Below, piece by piece: positions 53,016-63,150 of a DNA stretch of 64,000 nucleotides. Both the position numbers and the translations under genes were made by a program. How positions within the stretch are numbered: position 1 is the first letter of the stretch; each line of letters starts with the position of its first letter. The stretch comes from an uncultured Spirochaetota bacterium (GTDB lineage Bacteria; Spirochaetota; Spirochaetia; SZUA-6; Fen-1364). The notes beneath the pieces were generated by a model, which worked only from the letters and a program-made list of their open reading frames with translations, ran no database searches and was not told where the DNA came from. The stretch spans positions 192,001 through 256,000 of the forward strand of contig CAWJSK010000019.1 of the NCBI GenBank assembly GCA_963845535.1. The letters are read 5' to 3'.

Positions 53016-54177
53016 GGCTCGCTTTCGTGAGGGAGACATCACCCATCTTTCGTCGGATCTTGAATACGGCTTCCTCCACCTTTTTCTGTCGGGAGAACTC
53101 GTCGGCGAACAGCTCCAGTTGATCCTGTGCTTCCGAAGGGATCAGGTTGGAGAAACCGATCCCGACAAGCCTGATGGGAGTGCCGCCGTTCCACCGCGAC
53201 TCCAGCAGCTCGCGCGCCACCTCGTCGAGCTCCTCCGTGGACGAAACCCAGTGCTTGAGGGTTTTCTGCGCGCTGACGGTCGTGAAGTCGTGGAACCGGA
53301 CCTTCAGGGACACGGTCTTGGACTTCCACCCCTCCTCGATCATGCGGAAGGTCACCTGGTGGCACAGCTCCAGGAGGACCCGCTCGATGCCGGCGCGGTC
53401 CTTCCTGTCCCTCTCGAACGTCGTCTCGCTGGAGAGCGACTTGCTGCGTGGTTCCTCGGAGAAAATGCCCGGGTCCCCCCCGCGTGAGGCGGCGCTCAGG
53501 AACGCCGCGGCGCCGTGACCAAAGAGCCGCGCCAGCTCCCCCTCCGCGAATCCCCTCAACTGGCGGACCGAGGTGATGTTCAGCTCGGTGAGGCGTTGGA
53601 GGGTCTTCTCCCCGATCCCCCAGAGTTGCGAAAGGGCAATCCCGTCGAGAAACTCTTCCTCCCGCCCTTGCTCCACCATCAGGAGGCCGTCCGGCTTGCC
53701 CGCGTTCGTGGCGAGCTTGGCGATGTACTTGTTCGGGCCGATACCCACCGATATCACGAGCCCCGTCTTTTCCTTGACCTCCGCCTTCAACCGCTTCCCG
53801 GTGTCCACGGGCGGACCGAAGAGCCTTTCGGTTCCGGTGAGATCGAGGAAGGCCTCGTCCACGGATATCTGCTGGATGTGGGGCGTGTAGGCCTGGAGGA
53901 TTCCCATGACCTGCCGGGAGACCTCCATGTAGCGCTCCATCCTCACCGGCAGGTACACCCCGTGCGGGCAGCGCCGGTACGCCTGGGAGATCGGCATCGC
54001 GGAGCGAACGCCGAACCTCCTCGCTTCATAGGAGCACGCTGAAACCACTCCCCTGCGCCCGGGGGCGGCGCCCACGATGACCGGCCTGCCGGCCAGGGAC
54101 GGGTTGTCGCGCTGTTCCACGGAAGCGTAGAACGCATCCAGGTCGACGTGGAAGACGATGCTTGCCGCGTCGCTCAC
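52960..54177 (-). CDS. dinB: DNA polymerase IV
   Basis: HVDLDAFYASVEQ, SYEARRFG, SVDEAFLD, KPDG, WGIG, RLVGI. Confidence 0.95.
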   Translation of the reverse strand: MSDAASIVFHVDLDAFYASVEQRDNPSLAGRPVIVGAAPGRRGVVSACSYEARRFGVRSAMPISQAYRRCPHGVYLPVRMERYMEVSRQVMGILQAYTPHIQQISVDEAFLDLTGTERLFGPPVDTGKRLKAEVKEKTGLVISVGIGPNKYIAKLATNAGKPDGLLMVEQGREEEFLDGIALSQLWGIGEKTLQRLTELNITSVRQLRGFAEGELARLFGHGAAAFLSAASRGGDPGIFSEEPRSKSLSSETTFERDRKDRAGIERVLLELCHQVTFRMIEEGWKSKTVSLKVRFHDFTTVSAQKTLKHWVSSTEELDEVARELLESRWNGGTPIRLVGIGFSNLIPSEAQDQLELFADEFSRQKKVEEAVFKIRRKMGDVSLTKASLIDGDARARKPPRPPASS

Positions 54178-56396
54178 GTCTTCACCTCGATGCTTTTCTG
54201 GACCCGTACGCGCGTGGAGGCGCGCGTGTCTGCGGGCGACGAGACCTGTGCGCCGATCAGGGGGAGGCTGAACTCCATGTCGAGCCCCAGGGTGAACGCT
54301 CCACCGGCCGGTAAGGTGAGCTGCAGCTCAAGCGGATTGGGGGCGAAAGCCCCGATGAGGATGCGGTAGCGATTGGAGCCCTCCCGGATGAAAGGGAACG
54401 AGCAGTCGAAGAGGATGAAGTCCTGCGCAGAGGAGAGGGTGGCAACCACCGCCCGCGGGCTGGACGGCATGGCCACCTCCAGCGTGACGGTGCGCTGGCT
54501 GAAGAACGCGCTCGAGTCCTGGGTGATTTTCACGGGAGAAGACGCCGGCGGGCTGAGGCGAAGCGTCACGCCGGTTCCCGGGGCGGCGAGCCGCCTCGAA
54601 CCGGACGCGTCGACCACCGTAATTGCCCGAAGCGGCGCGGGGCTCGTGACGCTGAGCGTGTCACCGGTGACCTCGTCCCGGGACCCGATTTCCAGGGCCT
54701 GCGTCACTTCCAGCGGCTGGGGGTTCTGCGCGGAGAACGGGGAGAAAACCACGAGCCGCGTCGCAAGGACCGCGGTCCCGAGGAGCAAGGCCCCGGCGAA
54801 AACGTATTCCCGCACGCGCCGCCTCAACACGCCGCGTCCGGGGAGAATGAGGCCGAGCCTCAGGACGACGAGGATGAACGGGAGGCACGCCGCGGCGATG
54901 AAGAGGTTCCCCCAGATCGGGGAGAGGAGGAGGAAATGACACAGCGGGAGCGCGGGCATGGTGAAGACCTTGATGAGGCCCCGCACTCCCCAGAAAGGGG
55001 CCGGGATGAAGAGCAGCACTTTTGCGTAACGCGGACGCACGAGGGCGGAGAGGAAAACGAAAATGAAAGCCCAGAGGAAGTAGTAGGTGAAAGAGACGTT
55101 GAACGCGGCCACCACGGCAATGTCGACCAGGAGGATGAAGAGGGCCGCGGCCGAGTAGAAGGTCCCGTTTCGCGGGAAGGGGAGCCTGCGGGCCGGGTTG
55201 TACAGCGCGCTATACAGGAGGAGGGCGACGCACGCCTTGAGCAGGAGCGCCGGGAGGGGAGCATAGGACCAGAGCGCGGAGAACCCCCGCATCGATTGGA
55301 TCCCCTGCACAGCGAGGGTCCCCGCAAAGAGGAAGAGGAAGGCGATGCCCGTGATGGGCAGGAGGGCAGGCAGGTTCCTGACCAGCGTACGGAGGTATCT
55401 CCGCATCCCATTATGGAAGGCGAGGGAGTAGAGAAGCATCGCCGAAAGAGCGATCACGAGGATGGTGATATACGCCCTTTCCGTTATGATGAGCGGGTAA
55501 TCGCCGAGCTGGAAGAGCAGATAGTGGCGGTCCCAGTCTTCGGGGATCCCGGTCATGGTTTCCTGAATGAGCGTTTGGAAAAAGACGGGAAACGATGTCA
55601 TCCAGTCCGCGGCCTCCCGGCCAGTGACGGCGCCGTATTCCCCATCCAGCTCCACCGAAGGATAGCCGGCTTTCAGGTAGGGTTCGATTGCCGTCCGCTC
55701 TGCCACGGAGGCCAGGCGGAAGATCTGGCTTTCATCCCCGCGCAGGACATACGGAATGCCGGCCGCGCGCAAGGCGTCAACGCTCCGGTTCATGAGCCAG
55801 TACGGCGTGACGATGCCTCTCCCGCCTCCGCGCACGAGGATTCGCGCGGGCACCTCGCGGAGGTTGAGGTAGATCACCGCTGCGCGGTAGTCAGGCTGGA
55901 AGTCCCGAAGGAACAGGGTGCTGCCCATGGGGTACACATCCGTGTCCCCGAACTCGGCGCCCAGGAACAGCACGGTGAGGGAAACCGAGGGCGGAACGTG
56001 CGCCGTCCTTCTGATCAGGTCCAGCGCCAGGGCGATGTTGACCGATCCGTCCTTCCCCTCCTCCGCGTCCGGCTGCTGGTCCAGGGGGACCGCCACGATC
56101 AGGGTGTCCCGTACGCGTCCCGGGATGTCGACGCGCACGCAGGAGGAAAAGGAGTGCTCGAAGTCCGAGTCGCTGAAATCGAACGGAGTATAGGCGACAC
56201 CGAGCGACGCAAGGCGTGATTCGATGAAAGTGACGGCGCGCTTCTCTCCTTCCGAGCCTTCCAGGCGGGGGTGGAAGGAGCCGATCACCCGCATGTCATC
56301 GACAAGCGAATCCTTTTCCGACATCGGCAGCTCCTGGGAGAAAAGAGCGCGGGCGATGAGCGTGAAGACGATCGAAATCCACCACAAGCGGCGCAT
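54174..56396 (-). CDS. Membrane protein with degenerate M28 peptidase-like domain
   Basis: HPRLEGSEGE, LFLGAEFG, VIYLNL; about 8 TM segments; C-terminal beta domain. Confidence 0.65.
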   Translation of the reverse strand: MRRLWWISIVFTLIARALFSQELPMSEKDSLVDDMRVIGSFHPRLEGSEGEKRAVTFIESRLASLGVAYTPFDFSDSDFEHSFSSCVRVDIPGRVRDTLIVAVPLDQQPDAEEGKDGSVNIALALDLIRRTAHVPPSVSLTVLFLGAEFGDTDVYPMGSTLFLRDFQPDYRAAVIYLNLREVPARILVRGGGRGIVTPYWLMNRSVDALRAAGIPYVLRGDESQIFRLASVAERTAIEPYLKAGYPSVELDGEYGAVTGREAADWMTSFPVFFQTLIQETMTGIPEDWDRHYLLFQLGDYPLIITERAYITILVIALSAMLLYSLAFHNGMRRYLRTLVRNLPALLPITGIAFLFLFAGTLAVQGIQSMRGFSALWSYAPLPALLLKACVALLLYSALYNPARRLPFPRNGTFYSAAALFILLVDIAVVAAFNVSFTYYFLWAFIFVFLSALVRPRYAKVLLFIPAPFWGVRGLIKVFTMPALPLCHFLLLSPIWGNLFIAAACLPFILVVLRLGLILPGRGVLRRRVREYVFAGALLLGTAVLATRLVVFSPFSAQNPQPLEVTQALEIGSRDEVTGDTLSVTSPAPLRAITVVDASGSRRLAAPGTGVTLRLSPPASSPVKITQDSSAFFSQRTVTLEVAMPSSPRAVVATLSSAQDFILFDCSFPFIREGSNRYRILIGAFAPNPLELQLTLPAGGAFTLGLDMEFSLPLIGAQVSSPADTRASTRVRVQKSIEVKT

Positions 56397-56521
56397 GCCA
56401 AAGGGAGCATAGGGAATGGCCGTGCCAAGGTCAATTCCAGGCTATACCGCGCGAAGCGCCACGTAAAAGCGCCACGCAGCCTTGCCAACCGGGGCAGCAT
56501 GGTGTACGCTGAGAAAACAAT

Positions 56522-57031
56522 ATGGATGTCATGCCTGAGATCCTCAACCGCAAGAGTGTCAGGTCCTTCACGTCCCACCCGCTGGAAAAAGACCAGATCG
56601 AAAGGATCCTCGAGGCAGCGCGTCTTGCTCCCTCCGCGAAGAACAGGCAGGAATGGCGGTTCGTCGTCATCCAGAAGAAGGAAACCAGGCAGAAGGTGAT
56701 GGAGGCCGCGTTCAGCCAGGAGTACGTGGGACAGGCGCCTGCCATTATTGCCGTGTGCACCACCAACATCGACTACCGCATGCCCAACGGCCAGCTCTCC
56801 TATCCCATCGACCTCGCTTTTGCGTCGTCCCATATCGTGCTTCAGGCCGTCCATGAGGGGCTGGGCACGTGCTGCATCACGACCTTCGACGAGGAGGAGG
56901 TCCGGGAGCTTCTCACCGTTCCGTTCTCCATGCGCGTGATCCTGCTCATCCTGATCGGCCAGACTGACGTGGAGCCCGAACCGACGCAGCGCAAAACGCT
57001 GAAACAGATTTCCTCCAGAGATCACTGGTAG
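56522..57031 (+). CDS. Nitroreductase family protein
   Basis: RKSVRSF, LAPSAKNRQEW, GLGTC. Confidence 0.93.
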   Translation: MDVMPEILNRKSVRSFTSHPLEKDQIERILEAARLAPSAKNRQEWRFVVIQKKETRQKVMEAAFSQEYVGQAPAIIAVCTTNIDYRMPNGQLSYPIDLAFASSHIVLQAVHEGLGTCCITTFDEEEVRELLTVPFSMRVILLILIGQTDVEPEPTQRKTLKQISSRDHW

Positions 57032-57088
57032 GCCCCGCTCATGCGTCCACTCTTTCAAAAATGAAGTTTATCGTGGATAATCCTCTCC

Positions 57089-60000
57089 ATGGTATATTGT
57101 TACGCGGAGCTGCGCAATTACAGGCAGCTCACGCGGCTGCGAGCTTCCAGCCTCCCCGGCATCGAATCAGGTCTCGCAGGCTCACTCGGATCACGAAAGA
57201 CGGCAATGACCGCCCTCGGACAAGGAGCATGGCTCATCGATCTCGGCCCGGAGGAGGACCTGGACGCAAGCGGCGTTGCTGCCGCGCTCCTGCGGATCCT
57301 GGACTTCCTGGAAGCCAGGCGGGCGGAGCTGTTCGGGTTCGCGCTCCTTGTCGCGGGCTCGACGGCGGAGCAGCCCGCGCCGACTGCGGAGAGGATGAGA
57401 GAGCTGCTCTCTGAGGCGGAGCAGGAAGAAGGGCTGTGGTGCACGCCCGAATGCGCTGGGCTCCTGTCCGACTTTCTGGCCTTCGACCGCAGCACCTCCT
57501 TGTACCAGGTCACCGGCCCCAACCAGACGCCGGAGACGGACCTCGCGCCCTCCGAAGAGCCGCGGCCGTGGTTTCGCGAGCCGCTCATTGCCCGGGCGCT
57601 GGACGTCATTGGCGACAGGTTGAACACGGGGGAGTCTCGCGAGATCCTCCACCTCTACGGTCCGTCCGGAGCCGGCAAGTCCGCCATTTTGAACGAGGTT
57701 GCCCGGCGCCTCGTGAGCGGAGGCCGTGAGATCACCGTCCTCAGGCCTCGAACGCTTTTCAAGAGGCGTTCCCCCCTCCATCCGTTCCTCAACAGCCTTT
57801 CCCCCGGCGTGCTCTCCTCGGCCCCGCGGTATCTCGTGGGCGTGGAGCGCGCGGCATGGGCGGATGTCTCCCCCCTGCTCGCCTGGCTGCTGCGCGCTGA
57901 GACGGACGGCAACGGGGCGCTGTGCCCTGACCATGTCCTGGAAGACTTCATGATCGGCTACCGGCTGTGCCTCACCGCATGGATACGCATGGCGTCGGAC
58001 AAACGGCTTCCCGCGCTCTTTCTCTGCGACGGGGTGGACGGGTACCACCCCGAGGCGCGCCGGGTTGCAGCCCGCCTCATGGGGGACTTCCTCGCCTTCG
58101 CGGATTTCGTTCCGGTCGTTTCTTCGACGGACGCCGTCTTGCCGGAGGAGTTTTCCTCCCTCAACGTAAGATCGCTGCTCGTCCATCCCCTGGGAAAGCG
58201 TGAGCTTCGATCCTTGTGCGCGCATTTCTATCCCGGACTCGCTCTTCCTGAATCCCTCCTGAGGCGCCTGAGACGGCGCTCGGGAGGCTTGTACGTGTCC
58301 GTGGTCTCGTACCTGCAATACCTCCACCGGGCGGGGTTCATCCGTTTTTCATCGGAGCGCCGCCAGTGGCTTCCCGTGGCGCATGATGACGCAAGTCTTC
58401 CCGCCAATCCGCTTTCCGTCTCATGGTATCTCATCCGTACGCTGCACGAGGAAGCCTTCCTCCTCCTGTACGCCGTCTCTCTTGCCGGAGGGCTCCTGGA
58501 CCGGCGTGCGTTCATGACGTTCCTCGTTGAGGCGGGCTTCGAGCAGAAGCCCGCTGAAAAGACGCTGTCCAGCCTCGTGGCGGCCGGCCTCGTTGCGGAG
58601 GAGGAATCCCTCATCCCTCGGTTCCCCATCCTCCGGCGCAAGCTGGAAGGGGAACTGGGCGCCGAGGGGACCCGTTTGAGGGACCGTTTCCTGACGTACC
58701 TGTGCACCTTGTGGGATGCCGGCAAATACCCTCACGCGGTCCTCCTCTTCACGTTCCTGGCGCGAAACGGACGCACGGACCTCGCCCTGCGCGTCCTGCC
58801 CGAGATCATCCGGCGCAAGCTCGATGAGGGCGATATCGGGGGCGCGCGTACATTCTGCGACCCGGAAAAGCTGGAGTTCTCCGCGGAGCCGACCCCCTCC
58901 CAGCGGGGTGAGATCACCGCGCTCATGGCGTGCGGCAGGCTGCGTGCGGCTCTTCTGGAAGGCAGCAGGGAGCCCGCTGACGCGGCCCGCCCCGCGGTGA
59001 TGGAGGTCACGCGATCCTCGTGCAGCCAGGAGTTGCTTGGAGAAGCCTGGACGGAGCTCGCCAAGCATTCCCTGGCCCGGGGAGATTCCGCCGTGTCCCT
59101 GGAAGAAGCCAAGCGCGCCCTTCTCCTTTTCCAGGAGCAGCACTCCGCCCCCGCCGAACGCCTTGCGGTGAACAAGAAGCGCTCCCCGCGCGCTGAAGCG
59201 GGAGAGCGCGCCTCGTATCTCTGGCTTGGCGTCACAATGCTTGCGGACGGAAAACTGAGCGAAGCGGCGGAATACGTTGGCCTTTCGGAAAGGCTCTCAC
59301 ATGAGGCGGGAGACCCGGGAGCGTCGCTCATGGCTTGCAGCCATCTGGCGGTGGCCCTTTTCATCAGCGGGCGCTTCACGCAATGCCTCGCGGCGATAGA
59401 GCGTGGAAGGTCCGAGGCGCGGACCGTCTGCCGCAGGGAGGCAGAGCTTTTCCTTCTGTTCCTCCAGGCGCGCGTCCAGTTCCTCCTTGGCGCTTACGAA
59501 GACTGTTGTGTCACTCTCCAGGCCTGCCTGAGCGTGGTCACGCTGTATTCCCTCCCTGCCGCCGTGCCCGTGCTTCGCGCATGGCTGGGACGCGCCGCCG
59601 CGTACGGAGGGGAGCTGGAGCACGGATTGCACCTGCTGTCGGCCCTTCAGCCGTCCCGCGAAGTCCTGTTTTTCCTTGCGGAAGGCTTGTACTTTTCCGA
59701 CGAGCTCGAGGAGGCCTCCTTGCGCCTCGACGAGGCTCTTGCAGCGGAAGCAGAGTTTCAGTTTCCCTCCGCGGAGAAACCGTCCTGGTCGGATGGCTTT
59801 GCCTCCGTGGAGGGCAGATGCTTCCGCCTGAGCCGGGGGGATGCCTTTGTCCGCAGAAGCCTGACCGGGATGAGAGCGTGCCTGCTGGGCCTTCGCGGTT
59901 CCCTTGATGAGGGGATCCCGGAGCTGCACAAGCTCACGCGCTCGGAACGGTCGGTAGAAGAAGATCCCAACGGGTATTGGTACAACTATCTCTACGCAGT

Positions 60001-60184
60001 CATTCTTCCCGAAACCAGCGGTGAGGAAGTCGATGACAAGGAGACCGTGCTGAGCAAGGCGGTGAAAAGCCTCCAGGAAAGGGCAAGCCGTATTGACGCG
60101 CCGTCGCAGAGAAGCTCCTTCCTGTCGCGCAACAGATGGAACCGCAGGATCATGGAAGAAGCGCGCGAGAGAAAGCTGGCATAA
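57089..60184 (+). CDS. STAND/AAA_16-like P-loop NTPase with C-terminal TPR-like helices
   Basis: Walker A YGPSGAGKS, Walker B LFLCDG, HPL and SGG motifs, helical repeats. Confidence 0.65.
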   Translation: MVYCYAELRNYRQLTRLRASSLPGIESGLAGSLGSRKTAMTALGQGAWLIDLGPEEDLDASGVAAALLRILDFLEARRAELFGFALLVAGSTAEQPAPTAERMRELLSEAEQEEGLWCTPECAGLLSDFLAFDRSTSLYQVTGPNQTPETDLAPSEEPRPWFREPLIARALDVIGDRLNTGESREILHLYGPSGAGKSAILNEVARRLVSGGREITVLRPRTLFKRRSPLHPFLNSLSPGVLSSAPRYLVGVERAAWADVSPLLAWLLRAETDGNGALCPDHVLEDFMIGYRLCLTAWIRMASDKRLPALFLCDGVDGYHPEARRVAARLMGDFLAFADFVPVVSSTDAVLPEEFSSLNVRSLLVHPLGKRELRSLCAHFYPGLALPESLLRRLRRRSGGLYVSVVSYLQYLHRAGFIRFSSERRQWLPVAHDDASLPANPLSVSWYLIRTLHEEAFLLLYAVSLAGGLLDRRAFMTFLVEAGFEQKPAEKTLSSLVAAGLVAEEESLIPRFPILRRKLEGELGAEGTRLRDRFLTYLCTLWDAGKYPHAVLLFTFLARNGRTDLALRVLPEIIRRKLDEGDIGGARTFCDPEKLEFSAEPTPSQRGEITALMACGRLRAALLEGSREPADAARPAVMEVTRSSCSQELLGEAWTELAKHSLARGDSAVSLEEAKRALLLFQEQHSAPAERLAVNKKRSPRAEAGERASYLWLGVTMLADGKLSEAAEYVGLSERLSHEAGDPGASLMACSHLAVALFISGRFTQCLAAIERGRSEARTVCRREAELFLLFLQARVQFLLGAYEDCCVTLQACLSVVTLYSLPAAVPVLRAWLGRAAAYGGELEHGLHLLSALQPSREVLFFLAEGLYFSDELEEASLRLDEALAAEAEFQFPSAEKPSWSDGFASVEGRCFRLSRGDAFVRRSLTGMRACLLGLRGSLDEGIPELHKLTRSERSVEEDPNGYWYNYLYAVILPETSGEEVDDKETVLSKAVKSLQERASRIDAPSQRSSFLSRNRWNRRIMEEARERKLA

Positions 60185-60190
60185 CTGGTG

Positions 60191-60220
60191 TTGACGCGCC
60201 CACCGCGCAGCCCGTATACT
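60191..60220 (+). promoter_or_regulatory. sigma70 promoter of the AAA ATPase gene
   Basis: TTGACG-18-TATACT, followed by a GGGAGGGG RBS. Confidence 0.7.
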
Positions 60221-60250
60221 TGAGACTGCGATTTTCCTTGGGAGGGGAAC

Positions 60251-62001
60251 ATGGCAGAACAGCTCATCGTCAAAAATCTGCCTTTCATCAAGGTTCTCCC
60301 GGCCTGGGCCCAGGAGCTTTCGTACAAGTACTGCTCGAAAACGGCCAACCTTTATATCCTGTCCGGCAATATCCGGGACTTCCTGCCCCACAAGATGAAG
60401 CAGGGGGAGTTCAACTTCGTCAAAATCCAGGACTACGTCTCTGAAGTCCTCTTCGGCAACCGGGACATCATTGTGTTCTATGACCGATCCTCCGGTGTGA
60501 CCTTCTGCACGCCCGAGATGAAGAAGGACTTTCTGGCAAAGATGCGCCAGCTCGCTCCTCATGCCACCCCGGGGAACCTCCTCACGCGCAATCCCATCAA
60601 AGCGTTGTCGCAGCTTGAGAAATACTTCTACGCGAACATCTCCCATAACAAACGGATCGTCCTGATCGTCGATTACGCGGAGACGGTTGTCCCGAACACG
60701 GACATCTCCCGCTACACGGATGAGGACCGCTACTGCCTCGTGACGCTCAACCGTTGGGCCACGGACCCCATCTTCACGCAGGGGGACGTGTCCATCCTGC
60801 TCCTCACGGAAAACCTCGCGGACCTGAACCCTTCCATTGTCCGCTCCCCGGGGGCCATCAAGGTCAACATCCCCATCCCTGATGAGACGGTGCGCTCGAG
60901 CTTCCTGAGCTTCCTCGAGGGGCAGGACAAGCTTCTCCTCGAGGACGGATTGACCGTCCCGGAGTTCGCGGCAATCACGAGCGGTCTGAACCTCATGAAC
61001 CTCAACCAGCTCGCCGCGGAGAGCTTCCAGGAGGACCGGCAGATCAGCCTGGCCTACCTCAAGGAAAAGAAGAAGCAGATCATCGAGGCGGAAGCGGTGG
61101 GTTTGCTGGAGTTCATTGAGAGCGAGCACGACCTGTCCGCCGTCTCGGGGCATGAGTTCGTGAAGAAGCGTTTTCACAGCGCCGCCAAGGCCATTCGGGA
61201 AGCCCGCCTCGACGTCCTCCCCATGGGGTACCTGATCTCTGGTCCCGTGGGGACGGGCAAGAGCTTCATGGTGAGCGCGTTCACAGGGGAGATCGGAATC
61301 CCCATCGTGAAGTTCCGCAACTTCCGCTCCAAGTGGCAGGGAGTGACGGAATCGAACCTGGAGAAGTGCCTCAACATCCTCAAGGCCATGTCTCCGGTGG
61401 GCGTCATGATAGATGAAGCGGACGCTTTCCTGGGGGACAGGAACCAGGAAGGGGACTCGGGAACCAGCAACCGGATCTTCGCGCAGATCGCCTCCTTCAT
61501 GGGCAACACCGAGTACCGGGGCAAGATCATCTGGTTCCTGATAACCTGCCGGCCCGACCTTCTCCCCATCGACCTCAAGCGCCAGGGGAGGGCGGAGGAG
61601 CATCTTGCCCTGTTCTACCCCGAGGGCATCGAGGAGAAGGAGGACCTGTTTACCACGCTCGTGAAGAAGCTTTCCTTGCGGATCCAGAAGGTCAACGTGG
61701 GGGAGATTTTCCGCAGATACAAGTACGAGTTCTCCGGCGCTGACCTGGAGTCGGTCCTCATCCGCGCCAAGTTCCTTTCCGCAATGAACAATCACGTTTT
61801 CGTTACCAAGGGGGACCTGGAGGAGACCATCCAGGACTTCATGCCGCCGGCGTACCCGCATGAGATCGAGCTGCAGAACCTCGTGGCCGTGCTGGAATGC
61901 ACGAGCCGCGAGATGATCCCCGCCGGTTCCGCGACATGACGCGTGACCGTCTTGTCAGCGAGATCAAACAGTTGAAGGTGCTGCTGCACGAGAGGGAATA
62001 A
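60251..62001 (+). CDS. Classical AAA+ ATPase with degenerate N-terminal AAA domain; frameshift near 61918-61921
   Basis: GPVGTGKS, pore loop SKWQG, VMIDEAD, RPD..P.DLKRQGR. Adding one C gives the C-terminus RRFRDMTRDRLVSEIKQLKVLLHERE*. Confidence 0.88.
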
Positions 62002-62099
62002 GTCGCGCCCTTGATTTTCCTTTCCCCATCACTACAATTGTGAGATAGCTTGAAGGGCGGGCTCCCCCGCGCCGGCCTTTCGAAAGGTGGAAAACGAAA

Positions 62100-62684
62100 G
62101 TGGCTTCTCGAAAAGTGCGGATCGCGCGCGCCACGCGCGAGACGGATGTCACTTTGACCCTGGATCCCGACGCGCTCGGGGACGGGAAGGTCCGGACAGG
62201 GCTGCCATTCTTCGACCACCTTCTTGCCAGCATGGCGTTTCATGGCAGATTCCTGCTTGATGTGGATGCAAAAGGCGATCTCGATGTGGATGCTCACCAC
62301 CTTGTGGAGGACGTCGGCATAGTCCTCGGCCAGGCCCTTTCCGCGGTGCTTGCGAAAACCGCGCAGGTGAAGCGCTTTGCGTACTCCCTCATACCAATGG
62401 ACGAGGCGCTGGCGCGGGTCGTCATCGACGTGTGCGGAAGGCCCACGCTCGTGTGGCGCGTGAAGCTTCCTCAAGCATGGGCGGGCACGTTCGACCTGTC
62501 GCTTCTGCGGGAGTTTTTCGAGGGGCTCGTTGCGCAGGCCCGGGTCAGTCTCCACGTGGATGCCCGCAGGGGCCGCAACAGTCACCACATGGTGGAAGCG
62601 GCGTTCAAGGCGCTGGGCAAGTGCATCCACGAAGCGTACGCGCCCGCCGAGCAGGAGATGTCCACCAAGGGACAGATTGGCTGA
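62100..62684 (+). CDS. hisB: Imidazoleglycerol-phosphate dehydratase
   Basis: RATRETD, FFDHLL, GDLDVDAHHLVED, PMDEAL, NSHHMVEAAFK. Confidence 0.96.
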   Translation: MASRKVRIARATRETDVTLTLDPDALGDGKVRTGLPFFDHLLASMAFHGRFLLDVDAKGDLDVDAHHLVEDVGIVLGQALSAVLAKTAQVKRFAYSLIPMDEALARVVIDVCGRPTLVWRVKLPQAWAGTFDLSLLREFFEGLVAQARVSLHVDARRGRNSHHMVEAAFKALGKCIHEAYAPAEQEMSTKGQIG

Positions 62685-62799
62685 GGAAAAGTTTGCGCGG
62701 CACTCGAAGCGGCGCCGAAATGGCGCTCGGAAGGAAGGGAGTTCTTTACTCTTGGTGGCGAAACAGGTATCTTGAAAACGTAGGAAATGTTACCAACGC

Positions 62800-63150
62800 A
62801 TGAGCGCGCAGGATATCCTGAAAAAGTTGCCATCGGGAGGATTTCTCAAAACAACACGGGGAGCCAGTGCGCGGATCAGCAAAGAGCAGAGGGTGGCGCT
62901 CATCCGCCGGGGCAACGAGCTTTTCAACAAGGGGGACTTCGATCTCGCGCAGAAGATCTTCGTTACTACGAAATATTCCGACGGCCTGATCAGGATTGGG
63001 GACCGCCTGGCGGACGGGGGAAAGCCTCTGGAGGCCCTCCGCGCGTACTGGCTTGCCCCGTGTCCTGAAAAAGCGGCGGTCCTGATCGAAAGAATTGCGA
63101 AGGTGATGAAACAATGGCTGGCAGAGGGGAAGAAAGCGGGTACGACATGA
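62800..63150 (+). CDS. Small TPR-like hypothetical protein
   Basis: LIRRGNELFNKG, YSDGLIRIGD; ATGA-coupled to the next gene. Confidence 0.75.
   Translation: MSAQDILKKLPSGGFLKTTRGASARISKEQRVALIRRGNELFNKGDFDLAQKIFVTTKYSDGLIRIGDRLADGGKPLEALRAYWLAPCPEKAAVLIERIAKVMKQWLAEGKKAGTT

Noticed and set aside
56412..56428. sigma54-like TTGGCACG on the minus strand upstream of the M28-like gene
   Set aside because: The -12 position reads TTCC rather than TTGC, and it lies in the spacer of a good sigma70 promoter.
59297..61861. 854-aa minus-strand ORF
   Set aside because: Antisense to two motif-bearing genes with no motifs of its own; long shadow ORFs are expected in GC-rich DNA.
62040..62099. Hairpins in the hisB 5' region (palindrome CCTTTCGAAAGG) as a possible attenuator or riboswitch
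   Set aside because: No His-rich leader peptide, T-box or recognisable aptamer; the region is short and GC-rich.
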